A stretch of 10,531 nucleotides of DNA from Synechococcus sp. (GTDB lineage: Bacteria; Cyanobacteriota; Cyanobacteriia; Thermostichales; PCC-7336): contig JBFRWD010000017.1 in the NCBI GenBank assembly GCA_051439425.1, positions 1-10,531 of the forward strand, given 5' to 3'. Under the pieces are notes generated by a model, which made no database searches, was not told the origin of the DNA, and saw only the letters and a program-made list of their open reading frames with translations. Both the position numbers and the translations under genes were made by a program. Shown here piece by piece: positions 5,801 through 10,531 of this stretch (positions are counted from its first letter, which is position 1; the number at the start of each line of letters is the position of its first letter).

Positions 5801-8005
5801 GTTCAATGGAAAAATCTGGGTTTGTGTTACGGCATCGACCAACATTTCCTCGCCACCCAGCTCTATCCCCGGCTGAAATCCTCTTGTTTAGTCCATGACG
5901 AAATATTTGCAGGGGCCCCATTCCCAGAATCTCGACACAACAACGAATATGTGGGGCAAGTTTTCCTCGAAGACGATAGCAAATTGGAATTGGTGGATGA
6001 GTTGCTAGTGCAATATCTCGCCAACTCAGAACTCCTTTCCCTACAAACCTTTGAGCGACCCGTTACCAACGCTATTCACCCAGTCGCCAATCCCAGCGCC
6101 CCCCATTCCATCCAAGCCCTCTTCGATCGCAGCCGCCTACTAAAACAACAAGGAAAACTAGAGGAAGCCGAAACCGCCCTGCGGGAGGTCATCCGTCTCT
6201 ACCCCAACCACTGGGGAGCTCACAACAATCTGGGTACACTTCTGCAAAAAAGCGATCGCATCTCAGAAGCCACCGCCTGCTATCAACAAGCCCTGCAACT
6301 CAACACCAATTTCGCCGAAGCCCACTCCAATCTCGCCAGTATTTGGCAACTGGATGAAGATTATGAACGGGCCAAAGAAGGGTTTTTCCGAGCCTTACAA
6401 CTCAAACCCGATTACGTTCCTGCCCACTATAATCTGGCCACGATCTACCAACAACAGAGACGGATGGCCGCTGCCGTCAAGCATTACCAAAAAGTTCTCA
6501 GCATCGAGCCTAATTACCCCGGTGCCCAATTCAGTCTTGGGCAATTATTGGAATATCAAGGAAACGTTGAAGACGCTCTCACCTGTTATCAAAAGGCTAC
6601 TGATTCAGATCCCGATGCCAGTTATCTCCAGTTTTATATCAGCCTTGTCAAACTAAGGATGTGTGATTGGACGAATTATACAGAAGATGTGGAGAAAATG
6701 CAGCAGACTTTCGAGCAGACTTTCAATGACAAATACACTCCAAATCCTTTCATTACTAGTACATTTGATTTCCCCTTATCTCTACATAAATCAGCCGCAG
6801 TAAATCAAAGTAGAAACGTCAGGGTCGGGGCGGCCAAGTACAAGTCCCAAGTCAACTTCATTCATTCTCGAAATACTCCAGGGAAACTGCGCATTGGGTA
6901 CATTTCCCCTGACTTTCGCGATCATGCCGTTGGTCGTCTAATCATGGATATGTTTGCCCTTCATGACCGAGATAAATTTGAAGTCTTCGCCTACAACACT
7001 GTTGATTATCGAGATTTTGTAACTGAACGAGTTGCGTCAGATAGCGATGTTTATGTAAATTTGCCTTCCCTGACGACGGCTGGCTCTGCCCAACGTATTT
7101 ACAACGATGGCATCCATATTTTGATTGACTTGGCCGGCTACACCATCGGTAATTCCTCACCCCTTTTATCGTTGCAACCTGCACCAATCCAAGCCCAATG
7201 GTTGGGGTATCCAGATACGTTAGGCGCTGACTATGTGCAATATGCGATCGCCGACGAATGGATTATCACTCCAGAAATCGAAGACTATTACTCAGAAAAA
7301 ATTGTCTACCTTCCCCAAGCCTTTGTGGGTACTCCTTTGGAGATTTCTGGCAAACCAGTACAACGTTCAGATTGGAATTTACCAGATTCTAGTTTCGTTT
7401 TTTGCTGCTTCAATTCCCACTACAAAATCACCCCTCAACTATTTGATATTTGGATGCAGATCTTGAAGCAAGTTCCTGAGTCTGTCCTCTGGCTAATTGA
7501 GGGATCCAAAACAGCAGAAGCTAATCTCCGCCAGGAAGCTGAGGCACGAGGTATTTCAGGCGATCGCCTGATCTTTTCCCCAAAAATCGACCATGCGGAA
7601 TACTTAGCCCGCTACCAATTAGCTGACCTCTACCTAGACACCCTTCTCTACAGCGCTGGCTCCACCGCCGTCGCCGCCTCTTGGTCGGGTCTCCCTATCC
7701 TCACTTATCCGGGCAAAACCAACTCCTCCCGCATGGGGGCCAGCATTTGCGATTCCGCAGGAATGGGACATCTCATCTGTAAGTCTTTGGAGGAATACAA
7801 GAATCGAGCCATCTACCTTGCCACTTATGCTGATGAGTTAGCTACCATTCGCCACACTCTACAGAACTCTTTGCGATCGCCTTCCACATACCCACCTCTA
7901 TTCCAAGTGAAGTCCTTCACTCAGTATCTGGAAACTGCTTACCAGGAGATGTGGCGCCTATTCAGTAAGAATCAATCCCCCCAAACTATCCACATCAAGG
8001 GGTAG
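2864..8005 (+). CDS. Multidomain TIGR03032/DUF4915-glycosyltransferase fusion with TPRs and an OGT/SPINDLY-family (GT41) catalytic domain, 1713 aa
   Basis: Single long ORF. The N-terminus carries TIGR03032 motifs (TTYQT, TGDLDVHD, EDRCHLNGLA, GLSMPHSPRW, LNSGQG, CPGFLRGL, ELYDV). The C-terminus carries GT41 motifs (RIGYISPDFRDH, LIDLAGYT, PIQAQWLGYP, FCCFNSHYKI, ADLYLDT, SRMGASI). Confidence 0.92.
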   Translation: MSASESSPPRNSITADRQFSTWLQQQGISLGCTTYQTSRLLLLGASADGKTFAGFERIFDRAMGLFATGDRLFLSSKYQIWQLDNVLSAGQEHRGYDRLYVPRVGYTTGDLDVHDIAIIDRWVDGTPWQDYAPSQAPFVFVSPLLNCIATISPKNSCLPLWKPPFISKIINEDRCHLNGLAVKDGQPSYVTATSQSDIIEGWRDRRRDGGVVIDVASNDIIVTGLSMPHSPRWYRDRLWVLNSGQGELGYVDLDSGTFEPVVFCPGFLRGLAFWQNFAIVGLSKPRGDKGTFSGLALDDRLKEKDANPWCGLMIVDLDSGAIVHWVRFEGDISELYDVQVLPGVQRPMALGFQTDEISQLITLDPMLERPEPQAAVSTPAKEIVTEGQGALPQPQQVPQLQEITEATSSTVPSLSVTLAVNPQPEAPAAIALPVPETQASFLEPREERQQLTKTILDVSAEQLPQLYAGELGDRYRAMLHHPIQYQPLTTQEQALVDRHSAILADSPQALSSVMVLLLHRLPYQLPRRWFEPIKIPAWFVNDYLPFMLTPPLTLQSAAETESYANYLSDWFEFLHRRITLNPTSDTWKNVACFVAQSSEFIPIPGHETNLKNTLVNWGAIAEFALETQGFSIHKQCLPRSSDGTKIRFGLFLHNAAKDSYPFAALPAIAHLDRTKFEIILYSTTAFEGAVADYVEGKCDRATLLSQDLAQAVEMIRQDELDLLLLGSDIATGSRPTTFLAMHRLARVQVASPASPTTSGIGNVDYYISDRGNHSESVLQEQFSEKLICLEGETLADIPPFAGSRIYSAKIAEILEKISTPQHEQLPEPELLKRVISFCLWGANPKYTIGAIKNADLAPEVYPGWICRYYVDETVPNEIIEQLRSRPHVEVIQLNGDLGWKTAFCRFWPVADPDVGVTIIRDTDSRLNQREKAAVDAWLNSPHKFHIMRDHPRHNLPMLAGMWGTRGQIPDIATQIDRHLVQWKNLGLCYGIDQHFLATQLYPRLKSSCLVHDEIFAGAPFPESRHNNEYVGQVFLEDDSKLELVDELLVQYLANSELLSLQTFERPVTNAIHPVANPSAPHSIQALFDRSRLLKQQGKLEEAETALREVIRLYPNHWGAHNNLGTLLQKSDRISEATACYQQALQLNTNFAEAHSNLASIWQLDEDYERAKEGFFRALQLKPDYVPAHYNLATIYQQQRRMAAAVKHYQKVLSIEPNYPGAQFSLGQLLEYQGNVEDALTCYQKATDSDPDASYLQFYISLVKLRMCDWTNYTEDVEKMQQTFEQTFNDKYTPNPFITSTFDFPLSLHKSAAVNQSRNVRVGAAKYKSQVNFIHSRNTPGKLRIGYISPDFRDHAVGRLIMDMFALHDRDKFEVFAYNTVDYRDFVTERVASDSDVYVNLPSLTTAGSAQRIYNDGIHILIDLAGYTIGNSSPLLSLQPAPIQAQWLGYPDTLGADYVQYAIADEWIITPEIEDYYSEKIVYLPQAFVGTPLEISGKPVQRSDWNLPDSSFVFCCFNSHYKITPQLFDIWMQILKQVPESVLWLIEGSKTAEANLRQEAEARGISGDRLIFSPKIDHAEYLARYQLADLYLDTLLYSAGSTAVAASWSGLPILTYPGKTNSSRMGASICDSAGMGHLICKSLEEYKNRAIYLATYADELATIRHTLQNSLRSPSTYPPLFQVKSFTQYLETAYQEMWRLFSKNQSPQTIHIKG
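2897..3955 (+). other. TIGR03032 / DUF4915 domain (function unknown)
   Basis: The family motifs listed for the CDS, recognised by eye. Boundaries are approximate. Confidence 0.85.
4796..5314 (+). other. Incomplete GT41-like domain: N-terminal catalytic lobe plus terminal helix only
   Basis: KIRFGLF...HLDRTKFEIILYS...IRQDELDLLLLG...RLARVQVA...TTSGIGNVDYYISD...FSEKLICL parallels the first half of the complete GT41 domain at 6884-7312. There is no FN..K or LDT motif. Confidence 0.75.
5357..5965 (+). other. Putative GT-A-like glycosyltransferase domain with a DxD motif
   Basis: VISFCLWG..PKYTIGAIKN..YPGWICRYY..RFWP..IIRDTDSRL..RE..W..FHIMRDHPRH..MLAGMWG..DQHFL..LYP..HD. The layout (DxD after a beta strand, late GMWG and DQ) resembles GT-A enzymes. 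The specific family is uncertain. Confidence 0.6.
6110..6619 (+). repeat. Five tandem 34-aa TPR motifs
   Basis: Units such as WGAHNNLGTLLQKSDRISEATACYQQALQLNTNF, AEAHSNLA...ALQLKPDY and VPAHYNLA...VLSIEPNY recur at exact 34-aa spacing. Confidence 0.92.
6884..7960 (+). other. Complete GT41 (O-GlcNAc transferase/SPINDLY family) catalytic domain
   Basis: Both lobes are present, from KLRIGYISPDFRDHAVG through FCCFNSHYKITP and ADLYLDT to PPLFQVKSFTQYLETAYQEMW. Confidence 0.9.
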
Positions 8006-8067
8006 TATCGCAAAAACCATGAAAGGCAATGAAGACTCGATAACTTAGCAGTTGAGGCTGGAATGAT

Positions 8068-9156
8068 ATGTCCAGAAAAGTTGCGTTGATCTCAGGTATT
8101 ACCGGCCAAGACGGGGCCTACTTGGCCGAACTCTTGCTTGACAAAGATTACGATGTCCACGGCATCAAGCGCAGGTCTTCGTTATTCAATACCGATCGCA
8201 TCGACCATCTCTATCAGGAGCCTCACGTCAAGAACCGCCGTTTCTTTCTCCACTACGGCGATCTCACCGACTCTACCAACCTGATCCGAATCGTTCAAGA
8301 CGTGCAGCCGGATGAAATATACAACCTGGGGGCCCAAAGCCACGTTTCTGTCTCTTTCGAACCCCCAGAATATACTGCACACGCCGATGGTATAGGCACG
8401 CTACGACTACTAGAGGCCATTCGTATCCTTGGTTTCGTTGAGAAAACCCGCTTTTACCAGGCCTCTACCTCCGAACTTTACGGCCTGGTTCAAGAAATCC
8501 CCCAATCAGAAACTACTCCTTTCTACCCCCGGTCACCGTATGCCGTTGCCAAACTCTACGCCTACTGGATTGTGGTCAATTACCGTGAGGCCTACAACAT
8601 GTATGCCTGTAACGGCATTATGTTCAATCACGAATCCCCCCTTAGGGGAGAAACCTTTGTCACCCGCAAAATTACCCGCGCCGTCGCCCGCATTAAACTA
8701 GGTCTGCAAGACTGCCTCTATCTCGGTAACCTGAATGCCAGGAGAGATTGGGGCCACGCCCGTGACTACGTCGAAATGCAATGGCGCATGTTGCAGCAAG
8801 AGGAACCTGAAGATTTTGTCATCGCTACCGGCGTGCAATATAGCGTGCGGCAATTCGTGGAGGCTGCCCTCAAAGAAATCGGCACCACCGTCACCTGGAA
8901 AGGTCGCGGCACCGACGAAAAAGGGTTCGATAAAGAGGGCAATTGTATCGTCAGCGTAGATCCCCGCTATTATCGTCCCACTGAAGTTGAAACCCTACTG
9001 GGGGATCCCACCAAAGCCCGCGAGAAGTTGGGGTGGACCTCAACGACCTCGTTACAAGAGTTGGTTTCGGAAATGGTCCGAGAGGATCTAGTCGCTGCCA
9101 AGCGCGACCTCTTGGTCAAAGAACACGGTTTCGTACCCTACGATTATCACGAGTAA
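8068..9156 (+). CDS. gmd: GDP-mannose 4,6-dehydratase
   Basis: [12 protein letters not shown]ossmann motif, [33 protein letters not shown] (YxxxK), [31 protein letters not shown] at 8054-8057 is a plausible RBS. Confidence 0.97.
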   Translation: MSRKVALISGITGQDGAYLAELLLDKDYDVHGIKRRSSLFNTDRIDHLYQEPHVKNRRFFLHYGDLTDSTNLIRIVQDVQPDEIYNLGAQSHVSVSFEPPEYTAHADGIGTLRLLEAIRILGFVEKTRFYQASTSELYGLVQEIPQSETTPFYPRSPYAVAKLYAYWIVVNYREAYNMYACNGIMFNHESPLRGETFVTRKITRAVARIKLGLQDCLYLGNLNARRDWGHARDYVEMQWRMLQQEEPEDFVIATGVQYSVRQFVEAALKEIGTTVTWKGRGTDEKGFDKEGNCIVSVDPRYYRPTEVETLLGDPTKAREKLGWTSTTSLQELVSEMVREDLVAAKRDLLVKEHGFVPYDYHE

Positions 9157-9179
9157 TTAGAGAACGGACGTTCATACGA

Positions 9180-10124
9180 ATGAATCAACAGGACAAAGTC
9201 TTTGTCGCCGGCCATCGTGGTTTGGTTGGTTCCGCTCTAGTTCGGTGCTTAGAATCAAAAGATTACAGTCACATCATTAAGCGCACTCGCACTCAACTAA
9301 ATTTACTGGATGTGGTGGCTGTTCAACACTTTTTTGAGGAAGAACGCCCCGATTGCGTCATGTTGGCAGCAGCTAAAGTTGGCGGGATTTATGCCAACAA
9401 TACATACCCTGCAGAATTTATTTACGAAAACTTGGTGATAGAAACTAACGTCATCCAATCTGCTTATGCTTATGGAGTGAAAAAACTGTTATTTCTTGGC
9501 TCCAGCTGCATCTATCCCAAATTTGCGTCCCAACCTTTAAAGGAGGACTATTTGCTCACTGGTGAATTAGAACCCACCAACCAACCGTACGCTATTGCCA
9601 AAATTGCAGGTATCGAAATGTGTAATTCTTACAACCGGCAATACGGTACTGACTATATCAGCGTCATGCCCACCAATCTTTACGGCCCAAACGATAATTA
9701 CGATCCCAAAAACTCCCACGTATTGCCTGCCCTCATCCGAAAGATGCACGAGGCGAAGAAATCCAAGGCATCCACAGTGACAGTGTGGGGCACTGGAGCC
9801 CCAAGACGAGAATTCTTATATAGTGACGACTTAGCTAATGCCTGCGTGCATTTATTAGAGAATTATTCCGCTAAAGAAATTGGAACTTTCGTCAATGTTG
9901 GAGTTGGAGAAGATATCAGCATTCGTGAACTGGCAGAAATCATAGCCGATGTGGTGGGCTTTACAGGAACGTTGGAATTTGACACCAATAAGCCAGATGG
10001 GGCACCCCGTAAACTGATGGATATTTCCCGCCTAAAAAATCTTGGTTGGCAGGCAAAAACATCGTTAAGAGATGGAATTAAACTGGCTTACGCCGACTTC
10101 GTATCTCGATATCAAGCACTGTAA
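9180..10124 (+). CDS. fcl: GDP-L-fucose synthase (GDP-4-keto-6-deoxymannose 3,5-epimerase/4-reductase), 314 aa
   Basis: [75 protein letters not shown] moved the start from the track's 9033 to the ATG at 9180, 23 nt after the gmd stop, which gives the usual family N-terminus. Confidence 0.96.
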   Translation: MNQQDKVFVAGHRGLVGSALVRCLESKDYSHIIKRTRTQLNLLDVVAVQHFFEEERPDCVMLAAAKVGGIYANNTYPAEFIYENLVIETNVIQSAYAYGVKKLLFLGSSCIYPKFASQPLKEDYLLTGELEPTNQPYAIAKIAGIEMCNSYNRQYGTDYISVMPTNLYGPNDNYDPKNSHVLPALIRKMHEAKKSKASTVTVWGTGAPRREFLYSDDLANACVHLLENYSAKEIGTFVNVGVGEDISIRELAEIIADVVGFTGTLEFDTNKPDGAPRKLMDISRLKNLGWQAKTSLRDGIKLAYADFVSRYQAL

Positions 10125-10144
10125 ACACAGAATATACGTTTGTT

Positions 10145-10251
10145 ATATAGAGATCGGCAATCGGCTATGGAGAGTGTTCTAATCATCTCTCCACAGCCGA
10201 TTAAGGCTTCGAGCTTTCTACAGACTCCAGACCTTACAGCGGATTGCGATA
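10145..10251. repeat. ~107-bp dispersed repeat / MITE-like element, copy B
   Basis: Versus copy A: 24/29 identity at the left end (10152-10180 vs 2650-2678), 12/16 in the middle (10200-10215 vs 2697-2712) and 23/27 at the right end (10225-10251 vs 2722-2748). Same orientation; lengths differ by one base. Confidence 0.65.
10159..10202. terminator. Long hairpin between convergent genes; possible terminator or 3'-stability element
   Basis: AATCGGCTATGGAGAG (10159-10174) and CTCTCCACAGCCGATT (10187-10202) are complementary at 15/16 with a 12-nt loop. The mismatch becomes a G-U pair in the minus-strand RNA. There is no clear U tract. Confidence 0.5.
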
Positions 10252-10296
10252 TCTAGCCCATTACACTTCATTGCAACTTCGCTTCAATCTCCGCAA

Positions 10297-10531
10297 TTAC
10301 AGCAACGTTGGCAGACCTCCGGACGCCAGAGAGAACGCATCGATCTCTGTAATCCCTGCATCACTCCCGTCAAAAATCGTTCCCCCAAAAGTACCGGCAG
10401 TATTAGCACCCAGGGAAATTGGCATAAATTGGGTCAGGTCATCACCATCACCACTCCCATTGGGAACAGAAAAGTTGCCGCGAGTACTTAAGACAATTTC
10501 GCTATCTGGGGCAACCCAGAAGCCATCCACA
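10297..10531 (-). CDS. C-terminal end of a probable extracellular beta-repeat protein entering from the right edge
   Basis: The frame is open from the window edge to TAA at 10297-10299. The sequence is Gly/Asp/Ser-rich and beta-strand-like (DGFWVAPDSEIVLSTRGNFSV...TIFDGSDAGITEIDAFSL), resembling FDGSDxG repeats of large secreted proteins. The track's 'M' is probably an internal GTG. Confidence 0.7.
   Translation of the reverse strand, partial: VDGFWVAPDSEIVLSTRGNFSVPNGSGDGDDLTQFMPISLGANTAGTFGGTIFDGSDAGITEIDAFSLASGGLPTLL

Larger units (their letters stand above)
2048..7880. repeat. HIP1 octamers (GCGATCGC), nine copies
   Basis: Copies start at 2048, 3069, 4148, 4862, 4956, 6252, 7244, 7560 and 7873. 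Fewer than one is expected by chance in 10.5 kb, and this enrichment is a hallmark of cyanobacteria. Confidence 0.9.

Noticed and set aside
9033..9179. 49-aa N-terminal extension of Fcl in the ORF track
   Set aside because: It overlaps gmd and has no family similarity; the ATG at 9180 gives the normal start.
3000..9780. Many 60-131 aa ORFs nested in the GT, gmd and fcl genes
   Set aside because: They are off-frame or antisense to well-supported genes and show no recognisable motifs.

Overview
Cyanobacterial DNA (nine perfect HIP1 octamers, GCGATCGC) carrying what looks like a dedicated surface-protein glycosylation locus. On the left, minus strand, is the 5' part (768 codons, running off the window, absent from the ORF track) of a large extracellular protein: DUF4347, then seven FG-GAP repeats, then near-identical tandem cadherin-like domains. 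Divergent from it is a three-gene plus-strand unit. Its first gene is a 1713-aa multidomain protein: TIGR03032/DUF4915, a Pro/Ser/Thr linker, a GT41 half-domain with the donor lobe deleted, a DxD GT-A-like domain, 5 TPRs and a complete OGT/SPINDLY-family GT41. It is followed by gmd and fcl (GDP-L-fucose synthesis). On the right, minus strand, is the C-terminus of another probable extracellular repeat protein. Two diverged direct copies of a ~106-bp element with imperfect terminal inverted repeats bracket the GT-gmd-fcl unit. Domain names come from motif recognition by eye, not from database searches.
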